Of a stretch of 64,000 nucleotides of DNA, positions 25,886-47,070 are shown piece by piece (the stretch's first letter is position 1; every line of letters begins with the position of its first letter). Origin of the DNA: Tubulanus polymorphus (taxonomy: Eukaryota > Animalia > Nemertea); NCBI RefSeq assembly GCF_964204645.1, contig NC_134027.1:1-64000 (forward strand). The letters run 5' to 3'. The translations under genes and the position numbers were made by a program. A model generated the notes under the pieces. It made no database searches and was not told the origin of the DNA. It saw nothing but the letters and a program-made list of their open reading frames with translations.

Positions 25886-26824
25886 AAAAAGCTGAAAAAA
25901 GAGTAGACCCTTTTGAGCAGAAAATCTTTTCGAATATCATTGATCATAATTAACATATAAAAGATCAGCAATGTGGACCGATACGTAGATTTTGATAATA
26001 GTCAATTATTAAACGATATGAATCAGAGACGACAGAAGTATGATGATTATTGGGGTGAAAGGAGAGAGAACTCGAGAAGGGGGCGTTAGGAGATCTTTTA
26101 GACTCCAGTGTTTGGTGTAGCCAGTTACTACAAACCCACCACACCAACTGAGAGTGAAACAGGGTTTGACTTCGAAATCGGAAATCGAAGTACAGATATA
26201 GTTGTGTGATCGGCGGTCGATTTTACATAAATTTTTTTTCTTTAAATCCAAGCAGATAATTGGGAATTTCGGTTCCGGTTCATTCAATTAATCTTCCAAC
26301 CAGTCTGAACTGGCAAGCGACTGATTGGGGTCAATTAAGTTGACTGCCTATTTTAATACATCGAGATTTGGAATATCTATATCACAAGGTTGAAGATCTG
26401 GTGGGTAGATTTTAGGTTTATATCAAGCTGGGCGTTTCCGGATTAAGTTTAGCTGAAATGAATAACAGAACGATATTCTGTAGTTACACAGTCCTTTCTG
26501 TATCATAGATCGTAATTTACATGTGTGTCAACTTAACTTTCAAGATTGCCGAGTTCAGTGGCGACTAGGATTTTCTTGACGGCCGTACTTCTTTGTCTTC
26601 TTGGGTGTTGTCGAAGCTGAAATTGAGAAAAAGAAAAACATTTTGTAGTCACACATTTCTTCATCATTAATCCTAATTTACATGTGAATCAACTTAACTT
26701 TCAAGATTGCGGAGTTCACTATTCTTTTTTCGGCATCTTCTGTAGTCGCCTTCTACCATCTTCTTCTTCTTCAACTTCTTGGGAGTCCTGAAATGAAAAA
26801 AAAAGAGAAGAGCGATGAAAACCT

Positions 26825-27010
26825 GGTACGGAACAAAACTAATGTCCGAAAGCTTTTCAGCTCTCCGTCGCCGGTCACATGCCGAGAACACCAGACAATG
26901 AGCCAGCTAGGAATATACTGCCCTCTACACGCCCTCACACAGAACGCGAAAACCAGAATGACAACGCCTCACATTCCCCATCTAACTGCAGGATGTACTG
27001 GGCGACGTCA
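26825..27010 (+). mobile_element. Degenerate non-LTR retrotransposon (RTE/L2-like) ORF 3' remnant
   Basis: Frameshifted translation resembling ..AGH..RTPDNEPAR..ALYTPSHRTRKP.., the typical LINE post-RT C-terminal motif (FAGHxxRMxDxxPxRxxALYxPxxGxRKPG). Confidence 0.55.
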
Positions 27011-27399
27011 GTAACTGACAAACCTGTAAAATTGCACGAAACACAAATAGCGCAGTACAACCAGCTTGACCGGGTTGAGATTCAGGATCTCAACTAGCAC
27101 TCAAAAGCGTGACAAGAGACTTCATCCACTGACCGAGGTTGTCACAAGGACACAATGAAACTAGCACTCACAAGCCGACGAGAGACTTCATCCACTGACC
27201 GGGGTTGTCACAAAGACACAATGAAAACTAGCACTCAAACTAGAAATCAAAGAGCGTGACAGTAGAATCATCCCTCAGCCGACTCAGAATACCAGAAACA
27301 AAGAGCGTGACAGTAGAATCATCCCTCATCCGGGCGGTCACAAGGACACAATGAATGCTAGTAGCGTGACAATCCAGTATAACCACTCCATTTGTATCC

Positions 27400-27612
27400 C
27401 GCGCAATCCCGCAGATATGCCCGTTATTGACATCACTTAGCACACTTTGTAGATAGGTGGGGGAAGTGAGGCCTCGTCATCCTGGTTTTCGTGTTCCGTA
27501 TGAGGGCGTGTAGAGGGCAGAATTTCCTGACCGACTCTTTGTCTGACATCCTCGACACGTGACCGGCGAAGGAGAGCTGATGCTTTCGGACATTAGTTTT
27601 GTTCCAGCAAAC
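27400..27612 (-). mobile_element. Second, inverted LINE 3' remnant
   Basis: KHQLSFAGHVSRMSDKESVRKF / SALYTPSYGTRKPG across a frameshift; homologous to 26825-27010. Confidence 0.6.
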
Positions 27613-28102
27613 GTTGAAATTCGACAGAGAAATCGGCCCTGAAAAATAAAACGGGTTAGAACCTGCAAAAAAGAACGGGTTAATAAACACAGAACAGTAC
27701 AGGACAGTACAGAGACGAACAGTAACACATAAAACATAAAGACGTCGTTCCTCAGGAAGCAGGAACAGGAGCAGGAGCAGGAGCGGGAGCGCAGCGAAAA
27801 TCGCCAGGAGGAGAATCCACGGTAGCATGTTCACAGTGTGAGTGTGCAGAGGTGAATGGTCTATGCTTGTGTACACCGTGGTCAGCCGGTGACGTATTCA
27901 ATAGCGCGTATCAGAATGATATCAACAACTCTGAAAAGCCGCAATTGTGTCTCTATTGTTGAATGGAGTTATATCAAGTTGTACTGCCGGGTTGAATACG
28001 CGCCAGTAGCCAGCTGAACGATATCGTATTTTAAATAAGGCCATGCAAAGTAAATTACTCGATTCTCCCCTCCACGGCCTCCGAATTTGAGTGAAGTCAA
28101 TC

Positions 28103-31100
28103 TTAAGAATCAGCAGAACATGGCGTCACAAGCCCCGGGGCTTGTTACGCCATATCTGACATGGCGTCACAAGCCCCGAGTAAAATGCAGACTATATATA
28201 ATTCACGCGGAACGAAGATATATGTTCGCGTCCAACAGAACACGTTTTTAAGTCCGATACGACGTGTAAAACCTGAATGATATAATTTCAAGTACCGGTA
28301 TGTCAATGTGTAATGAATTTCTATTTGTTCTTAACTTATTGTCTAAACGTATAACAGTACCGGTACTTATACGTTATTTTGAAGTATTCCGTTCAGTGCA
28401 ACCACTTTGAAAGAAATATATATCCCTTTTTTACTTAAGATTTTTATGTAAAATTCTTCGAATATGTTTTTTGCAGGTTTCCGTTATGGTGCGAGACGAT
28501 CAGGAGATCATCAGCTACATTTACCAAAGCGATTTTTGTATATTTTTACATATGAACAAAATAAAAACAACGATTTATAAACTTTCTAAGACTTAATTAT
28601 TGTTGTACTACTGATTGAAATTTAAGATAATCAGTCACAATTATTCATTTATTTCTACGGAAATCCAATCAGGTCCTCTCACGCCATCAAAATTGAAGCT
28701 ATTCTGCAGACCATTTAGGGCTCGATACGCCATATTGGCTGCTGAACATTTGGGGCCTGACACGCATAGAAGACAAATCGCGATTTTTCTAGCAGTATTT
28801 GTTTTGTTTTATAAGACTTTATGATTATGAACAATATATATAAATAATTGAAACTAAAGATATAATTAGTGGCAATTAGTTGCTGATCGGGTCCTCTCAC
28901 GCCATATTGGCGGCAGAACACTTTGGGGCCTGACACGCCATGTAGAAGACAGCGTGATTTTAGGAGCTTTTTGAAACAATATTTGCCTTCTTTTCTAAGT
29001 CTAAATGATTGACAAACCATGTATAATGATCAATCTTTGAATATTTATGAAAATTATGCATCAATTGAAGCTATTCTGCAGACCGTTCGGGGCCTGACAC
29101 GCCATATTGGCTGCAGAACATCTGGGGCCTGACACGCCATGTAGGAGACAGCGTGATTTTAGGAGCTTTTTGAAACAATATTTGTCTTTTTTCTAAGACT
29201 AAAGGATTGACAAACCATGGAGAATGATAAATCTTTGAATATTTATGATAGTTAGTGACAATTATTCATCAATTGAAGCTATTCTGCAGACCGTTCGGGG
29301 CCTGACACGCCATATTGGCTGCAGAACATCTGGGGCCTGACACGCCATGTAGGAGACAGCGTGATTTTAGGAGCTTTTTGAAACAATATTTGTCTTTTTT
29401 TCTAAGTCTAAAGGATTGACAAACCATGTAGAATGATAAATCTTTGAATATTTATGATAATTAGTGACAATTATTCATCAATTGAAGCTGTTCTGCAGAC
29501 CGTTCGGGGCCTGACACACCATATTGGCTGCAGAACATTTGGGGCCTGACACGCCATGTAGAAGACAGCGTGATTTTAGGAGCTTTTTGAAACAATATTT
29601 GCCTTCTTTTCTAAGTCTAAATGATTGACAAACCATGTATAATGATCAATCTTTGAATATTTATGAAAATTATGCATCAATTGAAGCTATTCTGCAGACC
29701 GTTCGGGGCCTGACACGCCATATTGGCTGCAGAACATCTGGGGCCTGACACGCCATGTAGGAGACAGCGTGATTTTAGGAGCTTTTTGAAACAATATTTG
29801 TCTTTTTTCTAAGTCTAAAGGATTGACAAACCATGTAGAATGATAAATCTTTGAATATTTATGATAGTTAGTGACAATTATTCATCAATTGAAGCTGTTC
29901 TGCAGACCGTTCGGGGCCTGACACACCATATTGGCTGCAGAACATTTGGGGCCTGACACGCCATGTAGAAGACAGCGTGATTTTAGGAGCTTTTTGAAAC
30001 AATATTTGCCTTCTTTTCTAAGTCTAAATGATTGACAAACCATGTATAATGATCAATCTTTGAATATTTATGAAAATTATGCATCAATTGAAGCTATTCT
30101 GCAGACCGTTCGGGGCCTGACACGCCATATTGGCTGCAGAACATCTGGGGCCTGACACGCCATGTAGGAGACAGCGTGATTTTAGGAGCTTTTTGAAACA
30201 ATATTTGTCTTTTTTCTAAGTCTAAAGGATTGACAAACCATGTAGAATGATAAATCTTTGAATATTTATGATAATTAGTGACAATTATTCATCAATTGAA
30301 GCTGTTCTGCAGACCGTTCGGGGCCTGACACACCATATTGGCTGCAGAACATTTGGGGCCTGACACGCCATGTAGAAGACAGCGTGATTTTAGGAGCTTT
30401 TTGAAACAATATTTGTCTTTTTTCTAAGTCTAAATGATTGACAAACCATGAATAATGATAAATCTTTGAATATTTATGATAATTAGTGACAATTATTCAT
30501 CAATTGAAGCTATTCTGCAGACCGTTCGGGGCCTGACACGCCATATTGGCTGCAGAACATTTGGGGCCTGACACGCCATGTAGAAGACAGCGTGATTTTA
30601 GGAGCTTTTTGAAACAATATTTGTCTTTTTTCTAAGTCTAAATGATTGACAAACCATGTAGAATGATAAATCTTTGAACATTTAACACAATTAATGACAA
30701 TTATTCATTTGTTTGTACGGAAAACCGTTCGGGTCCTCTCACGCCATGTCTCAATTGAAGCTATTCTGCAGACCATTTGGGGCCTGACACGCCATATTGG
30801 CTGCAGAACATTCGGGGCTTGACACGCCATAGAAGACAAATCGCGGTTTTTCTAGCAGTATTTGTTTTGTTTTCTAACACTTTGTGATTGTCAAATCATG
30901 AATAATATATAACTAATTGAAACTAAAGATATAATTAGTGACAATTAATTGCTTCCATAGAAAACCGATCGGGTCCTCTCACGCCATATTGGCTGCAGAA
31001 CATTTGGGGCCTGACACGCCATGTAGAAGACAACGTGATTTTAGGAGTTTTTTGTAACAGTATTTGCTTTTTTCTAAGACTAAATCATTGACAAACCATA

Positions 31101-32050
31101 TAGTATGATTAATCTTTGAACATTTAAGAGAATTAGCGACAATTATTCATTTGTTTGTAGGAAAACCGATCGGGTCCTCTCACGCCATGTTTCAATTGAA
31201 GCTTTTCTGCAGACCATTTGGGGCCTGACACGCCATGTAGAAGGCTTAGTGATTTTAGGAGCCATATTGACTGCAGATCACACTAGATTGGAGCCTGGCT
31301 CACCATATATGATTTTCTAACATTATCTATGTTCTTCTAAGACTAATTGATCAACAAATCATGTGAAATAGATGAATGATTCATTGAAATGTAAGATAGT
31401 TCATTGAAATTTTTATTCTGTAAAACTCATTCAGTAGATATGTAATGTTTTTGTATTTTTCATATGCTGGCGAAATATGTGATTGTTTAAATTGTGTTTC
31501 AAAATAAAGTGTGTACACTGCATTAGATCAACAAACAACGATCAATTTCTATTCTGTAAAACTCATTTTGTAAATATGTATGCCAGTGAAGTAGGATAAG
31601 ATAAGTTTTTAATTGTGTTTTAAGTGTAAAATGTTTTCAATCTATCAATACATTCCGTAAATAGATATGTTAAGTTTTACCTTACCCTGGTATTTTCCTG
31701 TTCCATCGGATTCTTACAAAATAAGAAATTCATATCAAATAAAGTTTGATTCAAACATTACTCGTTATAAGTTATTGATTAAAAGTAATCTTCTGAATCA
31801 AATCATTTTCATATATGCGATGTAATATGTAGTTCTTATTATGTATATATAGTACGTTGTAAATCATCTATGACAAATAAATATCCAATCGAATATTTCA
31901 ACTTCGGAAGAAAAACCCGCGAGACGTAGTCGACGTTTCATCTCCTGCATATGATTTGATTTTCATTTTATGTTTACCACATGGCGTGTCAGGCCCCAAT
32001 ATGGCGTGACAAGCCTCGGGGCTTGTGACGCCATATGCAGCAGGTCTTAA
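28103..32050. mobile_element. ~3.9-kb non-autonomous TIR element (Kolobok-like: TTAA flanks, GA...TC ends) with internal satellite
   Basis: Left end ttaa|gaatcagcagaacatggcgtcacaagccccgggggcttg matches the reverse complement of the right end caagcctcggggcttgtgacgccatatgcagcaggtc|ttaa. No transposase ORF. Confidence 0.65.
28690..31270. repeat. ~199/209-bp tandem satellite, about 12 units
   Basis: ttgaagctattctgcagaccgttcggggcctgacacgccatattggctgcagaac recurs at about 29064, 29273, 29482, 29681, 29889, 30088, 30297 and 30505. Confidence 0.95.
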
Positions 32051-32256
32051 GATTGCCCTAGATGCCGAATTTAGCGCCGCCTGGTTATCTTTCGAAAAGG
32101 CGTTTCTTTTGTGGCCGATTAGCAGTGATTAGGTCGATTAGCTTTTATGCGCATTTTTGTGAGCCAAAGGTGTTTGAACTTGAACTTCTGTCAAAATTCC
32201 AGATTACGAGGAATAAAACCTCATCGTTTGGTGCTGCCACCTTCAAATGAAACAAA

Positions 32257-39776
<7,520 letters not shown>

Positions 39777-40054
39777 ACAGAAATTTGAAATGAACTTTTC
39801 ATTTTTGGATTATGTGCGGATTATGTTTGTCTGTCTGTCTGTGTATTTGACATAGATTTCATTATGTCTTAAATTATGTTTATTAACCAGTTTTCTAAAA
39901 AGAAGTCAAGTAGGGATAAATCTAGGTGTCAGTAGTCCGGACCCCTGCTTTCCCATTATTAGGGTCAAGAGTTTGTATACTTGCTCCAAATTTGACACTT
40001 GCCGCCCTTTTGGTGGGTAATTGCATCTGTATATCTTCATAAATAAAAAAGGTG

Positions 40055-40530
40055 ACTCTTCCACTGAGGGGGGTTTCCTCTACGGATTGGGAACTCCGCT
40101 CTTCCACTGAGGGGGGTTTCCTCTACGGATTGGGAACTCCACTCTTCCACTGAGGGGGGTTTCCTCTACGGATTGGGAACTCCACTCTTCCACTGAGGGG
40201 GGTTTCCTCCATGGATTGGGAACTCCACTCTTCCACTGAGGGGGGTTTCCTCCAAGAATTGGGAACTCCACTCTTCCACTGAGGGGGGTTTCCTCCACGG
40301 ATTGGGAACTCTACTCTTCCACTGAGGGGGGTTTCCTCCAAGAATTGGGAACTCCACTCTTCCACTGAGGGGGGTTTCCTCCACGGATTGGGAACTCCAC
40401 TCTTCCACTGAGGGGGGTTTCCTCTACGGATTGGGAACTCCACTCTTCCACTGAGGGGGGTTTCCTCCATGGATTGGGAACTCCACTCTTCCACTGAGGA
40501 GGGTTTCCTCCAAGAATTGAGAACTCCACC
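40055..40530. repeat. 43-bp minisatellite, about 11 copies, downstream of the PDCD6 stop
   Basis: (actcttccactgaggggggtttcctctacggattgggaactcc)n. Confidence 0.95.
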
Positions 40531-41487
40531 ACTACTTGTCGTAGAAAGATCTCTGACATCTCTAGATTGTCCTTATTTTCTTCTGGACCCCGCCTTCAAG
40601 TTTCCTAGATCAACCCTTTGTCATTCCATGCAAGGATTCGAGTTCAAATTCAATTTATAGTTGTACGCTACAAGCGATTCTATTCAGTATAATTCAGAAT
40701 AAAGAAAAACATTTAAAAAAGAGTCATACACCATGAGATGCTGCCATCTACAGTCGAATACTGGTACCATAATCTTGATCACATACATGAATATTAGCCA
40801 AAGCATGGCTTCTGGTGCTGGTTGCAGTCATCGCTTAGACTTAAGACCAGTCTAAGACCAACTATAGCCTATCTAACAGCTTAAGACCAGTCTTAAGATT
40901 TAAGTCCACTTTTAAGTCACGACTGTGCATCTAATTAAACTTCAATTGTAATTGAATAGACTTCAATTTGTTAAATTAACCGACTTAAAACTGCGACTAG
41001 TTTGACTTAATGTGGAAAAGAAATATGATGTTTTTTAAAATGTCTTATTTGTGATGTTGTTTGATGGGCGCAGTAAATCAGGGGTTGACTGTATTTGATA
41101 ATTGTGTATAAATTTGTTTGTAAGTTCTCTAAGTGAATTCTGATCAATGTATTAAAATAGCTATTTAATTAACAGATAAATAATCATGTATTTTATTTAC
41201 TCTAATTTCGCTGTGGTTATCCTGCGAATAGAATTGTCTTGTGAATCTTTTACAGCAAGAATTTATCATTCATGTATCCAATATATATGTATGAGTTTCT
41301 GTTCAGTTATTGCTGCAAAAGGAGAGTAACGTATTTATACTTATGAAAAAATGATTTTTCACAGAATATAAAACTGCGAAGTGAAAAAAGTGTTTCTCAG
41401 TGTTTTCTACCCCAGGATTATTAGTTGATTCAGAGTGTTATAAAGGCCAAGTGTATCAAATTAACCTGGGTCATTGTGGCCCAGGTT

Positions 41488-44255
41488 AATAGAGGATGTA
41501 CAGGGGTGTCCCGGGTTCGAACCCAGTAATTACTGATACTGATTCAGAGTGGTCCTGATGCTGAATAGAGGATGTACAGGGGTGTCCCGGGTTCGAACCC
41601 AGTAATCACGGATACTGATTCAGAGTGGACCTGATGCTGAATAGAGGATGTATAGGGCTGTCCCGGGTTTGAGCCCAGTAATTACTGATACTGGTTCAGA
41701 GTGGTCCCGATGCTGAATAGAGAATGTACAGGGGTGGCACGACCGTACGGTGCTGCCTCTATACTCATCGTTAGCGGAATTTTCATACACTAACTAAAGT
41801 CACCTCTGGCAGTCGATGTGCCCTCCGTCACCCTAGCTTGCCAGAGTTGACTAAGTTAGTGTATGAAAATCCCGCTAACGATGAGCATAGTGGCAGCACC
41901 ATACGGTGAAATGTTTATATCAACAGAAGTGATGCTGAATAGAGGATGTACAGGGATGTCCCGGGTTTGAACCCAGTAATTACTGATACTGATTCAGACT
42001 GGGTCCTGATGCTGAATAGAGGATGTACAGGGGTGTCACGGGTTTGAGCCCAGTAATTACTGACACTGATTCAGAGTGGTCCCGATGCTGAATAGAGGAT
42101 GTACAGAGGTGTCACGACCGTACGGTGCTGCCGCTATGCTCATCGTTAGCGGAATTTTCATACACTAACTAAAGTCACCTCTGGCAATCGATCTGCCATC
42201 CGTAACCCTAGCTTGCCAGAGTTGACTACCGTTAGTGTATGAAAATCCCGCTAACGATGTGCATAGCGGCAGCACCATACGGTGAAATGTTTATATCGCA
42301 ACAAAAGTGATGCTGAATAGAGGATGAACAGGGGTGTTCCAGGGTTCGAACCCAGTAATTACTGATACTGGTTCAGAGTGCGGTCCTGATGCTGGATAGA
42401 GGATGTACAGGGGTGTCCCGGTTTCGAACCCAGTAATTACTGATACTGGTTCAGAGTGCGGTCCTGATGCTGGATAGAGGATGTACAGGGGTGTCCCGGT
42501 TTCGAACCCAGTAATTACTGATACTGGTTCAGAGTGCGGTCCTGATGCTGGATAGAGGATGTACAGGGGTGTTCCGGTTTCGAACCCAGTAATTACTGAT
42601 ACTGGTTCAGAGTGCGGTCCTGATGCTGGATAGAGGATGTACAGGTGTTCCGGTTTCGAACCCAGTAATTACTGATACTGATTCAGAGTGGTCCTGGTGC
42701 TGAATAGAGGATGTACAGGGGTGTCCTGGGTTGGAACCCAGTAATTACTGATACTGGTTCAGAGTGGTCCTGATGCCGGATAGAGGATGTACAGGTGTGT
42801 CCTGGGTTGGAACCCAGTAATTACTGATATTGGTTCAGAGTGGTCCTGATGCCGAATAGAGGATGTACAGGTGTGTCCTGGGTTGGAACCCAGTAATTAC
42901 TGATACTGATTCAGAGTGGTCCTGATGCTGGATAGAGGATGTACAGGGGTGTTCCGGTTTCGAACCCAGTAATTACTGACACTGATTCAGAGTGGTCCTG
43001 ATGCCGAATAGAGGATGTACAGGGGTGTTCCGGTTTCGAACCCAGTAATTACTGATACTGGTTCAGAGTTGTACTGATGCTGAATAGAGGATGTACAGGG
43101 GTGTTCCGGTTTCGAACCCAGTAATTACTGATACTGATTCAGAGTGGTCATGATGCCGAATAGAGGATGTACAGGGGTGTTCCGGTTTCGAACCCAGTAA
43201 TTACTGATACTGGTTCAGAGTGCGGTCCTGATGCTGGATAGAGGATGTACAGGGGTGTCCCGGTTTCGAACCCAGTAATTACTGATACTGGTTCAGAGTG
43301 CGGTCCTGATGCTGGATAGAGGATGTACAGGGGTGTCCCGGTTTCGAACCCAGTAATTACTGATACTGGTTCAGAGTTGTACTGATGCTGAATAGAGGAT
43401 GTACAGGGGTGTTCCGGTTTCGAACCCAGTAATTACTGATACTGATTCAGAGTGGTCATGATGCCGAATAGAGGATGTACAGGTGTGTCCTGGGTTGGAA
43501 CCCAGTAATTACTGATACTGATTCAGAGTGGTCCTGATGCTGAATAGAAGATGTACAGGGGGTGTCACGACCGTACGGTGCTGTCGCTATACTCATCGTT
43601 AGCGGAATTTTCATACACTTACTAAAGTCACCTCTGGCAATCGATGTGCCTTCCGTAACCCTAGCTTACCAGAGTTGACTACCGTTAGTGTATGAAAATC
43701 CCGCTAACGATGTGCATAGCGGCAGCACCATACGGTGAAATGTTTATATCGCAACAAAAGTGATGCTGAATAGAGGATGAACAGGGGTGTTCCAGGGTTC
43801 GAACCCAGTAATTACTGACACTGATTCAGACTGGTCCTGATGCTGAATAGAAGATGTACAGGGTATCCCGGTTTCGAACCCAGTAATTACTGACACTGAG
43901 TCAGAGTGGTCCTGATGCTGAATAGAGGATGTACGGAGGTGTTCCGGTTTCGAACCCAGTAATTACTGACACTGATTCCGAGTGGTCCTGATGCTGAATA
44001 GAGGATGTACAGGGGTGTCCCGGGTTCGAACCCAGTAATTACTGACACTGATTCAGAGTAGTCCTCATGCTGAATAGCGTATGTACAAGGGTGTCCTGGG
44101 TTCGAACCCGGTGATTAATAGTGGTCCTGATTCTGAATAGAGAATGTACAGGGGTGTCCCGGGTTCGAACCCGGTGATTCAGAGTGATTCTGATGCTGAA
44201 CAAAGGATATACAGGGGTGTCGCAGGCTCGAACACAGTAATCACTGATACTGATA
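41488..44255 (+). repeat. Tandem array of tRNA-like 76-78-bp units (about 25-30) with three embedded ~167-bp hairpin elements
   Basis: Unit actgatactg(g/a)ttcagagtggtcctgatgctgaatagaggatgtacaggggtgtcccgggttcgaacccagtaatt; hairpins at 41742-41907, 42117-42283 and 43570-43736. Confidence 0.9.
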
Positions 44256-47070
44256 CTCCGAGAATCTTGCTGTTATTAATAGAACAAGTTTTGGTTCTTC
44301 ATCTACGTGAATATCATCCATGTATTGAAATTCTATCGAATTCTATACAAAGGATCTATTGTGAATTTAGTTCGATGAAAATCCGACAGAGGGCGTAAAA
44401 CTTCGAAATACCCTTTAGACCCCCTAGGAAACTCGAAAAACCTCCCGAAATGTTAAAAGATCCATATTTGAATTCATCTGTGTATTCAAAACATATTCAA
44501 ATTACTTGGGAATCAATTAATTAGGCAACGTAATTATTTGTCTAACGCTTTTAAACTTATTCGAAAACGACTGATTGTTCATTTTCAAGTAAAAAAGAAT
44601 TTGTTGACAGTCGTTTCTAAACACCTCATACCCCATCTGATGGAATTTCTGTGAACTATGCTCCCAGCTCAGAACACATGTAGTTCCTACCCTAGCCGCC
44701 AGGTGTCTAGACTTTTAGCTACTTCCGGTCCTCAGCCTTCTTAAATCCTCACAACGATCAGCTCCGAAATTAATGAATCGTACTCAATGAAAATTAATTT
44801 AAAAGTTCTTTCGATTTTATTATTATTATTATTATATATATAATTTTGATATTTACTCTTATCGACAAAATAATTCGGCTCTAAAACAATCTACACAAAT
44901 GACTGAAAATTAGAAGTAGTTACATACAATTATCGTGTCATTAAAATGCTCTCAATAATGTCATGGGTTACTCTCTCCCTATATCTCTCTTTTTCTAACT
45001 ATGAAATAATTTCTTATAAATAAAAAATGCTGCGTTAATAAATTCGCCATTGATTTTAAACTGATTTTTCACATTGTTGCATTTTGATGAAGACGATGTC
45101 ATGGATACGCGTCGTACTCATTTGAATATTAATTCGATTGACCTATATATATATCTAATTTGAATGCAATCTGACCTAGTTTGAGCTCGATTTGACCTAC
45201 AAATAACTAATTTCAACACATAATCATTTATGTTTTTTTTGTTGTAAATACATAGACGACCATTTTTCCTACATTGAACAATTTACATAATATCGATTAT
45301 TTACAATAGGTATTGATTCGTGTTCCATATATATATATATATATATACTTGCACATGTACACAATGTCATGGTTGATGATTTACACAAAAAACACGGTTA
45401 CAACAATATCGATCCGATGATACATACACTAACACATACATATACAGTTAATCGATATGCAAATATATATTTGTACTAATAATAGTTAATCATGTACTGA
45501 ATTATTTACAAAACTAATCCATAAATGTATCATTATCAATATTATATACAACTATTGTAACTAACTGACCATATTGTTGGCGTATGTATCTAAAGTTACT
45601 ATATTCGAGATTCAACTGCCTTTCATACTTTAACGGAAGATATTTGAATATTCTGTAATACTTTAATTATCATAAATATAATCATCATTATTATAACCAT
45701 TAATACTTTAAAATAAAATACCTATGACGCTTAGTCGAACGACTGTCCATCCGCAGTGGACCTTTCAGATGAGAATTGGCCCGAGGAATATTTGTCTTGA
45801 TTTTGCTTAGAGGGTTGTCAAAGGTTGCCCATTTGTGGCTTAGAGGTTGCCCAGAGGTTGCCCAGATGGTTGGCTACCCACAAGGGTAGTCGTTAGATCC
45901 TATAACCGACTTGTCGCACATGCGCATTGACTGCCTGGAAAAAACTCATAAAAAAACTCTTAAAAAACTCATGAAAAGTAAATAAAAATTCAGGATTCGA
46001 ACACGTAACCACGGTAGCGTTAGTCTAACGATATAACACGGCGCTAACGCTGCTAGCTTGCCAAATCACCCGCATTGTAACTACCTATAGGATCTAACAT
46101 TTACCACCCACAAGTACTAAGTTTCATCTTCACAGCGCCCTCTTTCGGCCGCTGTTTGATTCTATTGATGTCAGAGCGCGAAAGGAACGTACGGTTGAAT
46201 AATGATTAATGGTAACCGTTGCGCGGCTAGATTCTGTCGTTGCCGTTTACTGCGTCACAGATCGATATAGAAAACACTCTCTTAGTGACAAATCAATCAT
46301 AAAACACGGGTTAACGCCATGAATAATTTATAGCGATTTTGTAAACAGTGACCATCAGTATAATATCTCTCCGTCCTTATACAACAACAATGAATACAGA
46401 TTTTTATACATTGCACGCTCGCCTGCCACGGCACAATGATTCATCTTGGCGGAGATCGTATCAAAAAATTGACAACTTGAAATATTATAATTGGTTAACG
46501 GTTGACCGGATAGTGAACGGGTTTAACACACGTGACCAGTTTTATAACGATTAGATGAATATTGTTTGATTGCACGAATAAATGTATAAATCTTTCTCTT
46601 ATCAAGATGGCCGCCTGCATCTTCGAACCACGCCGGAAAACCCGGTAGAAAATTGGCTATATGCGCCACCTGGTATGATAACTGAAAATAAGGGCCGCCA
46701 TCTTTACATCACGTGTATCGACCTAATATTTTTCAACAAAAAATTGTTATCGAAGTGAGATTCAGGTTGCAGATAAATGGGATTCGAACCCAATGTTTTC
46801 CAATTTTGCGCAAACATCCCTGACACGCGGGACCTCTCAATTATGCCTTTAACTCTAATTAACAATAGTTAATCAAACAAGTTCACAACAGTTTTATCAA
46901 TGACTAGTAGTTTAGAACTTCACGGAGGCAGTGTTTTTAATGTGATCATTTCGATGGTAAAGTTTCTGATGTCCGCAGTTTGAAGAAAAATCTTATATAC
47001 AATGACGCAACAATGACGTACGTTCGATCACATGATTACAGTGTCATGGAGACGCGAATAGTTTTTTTTT

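Noticed and set aside
41488-44255. Functional tRNA gene cluster
   Set aside because: I could not build convincing acceptor or anticodon stems, units vary, and there are no oligo-T terminators; treated as a tRNA-derived repeat.
45985-46060. Minus-strand gttcgaatcc tRNA-like segment in the sall 3' region
   Set aside because: Only a B-box is recognisable; probably a SINE remnant and too weak to call.
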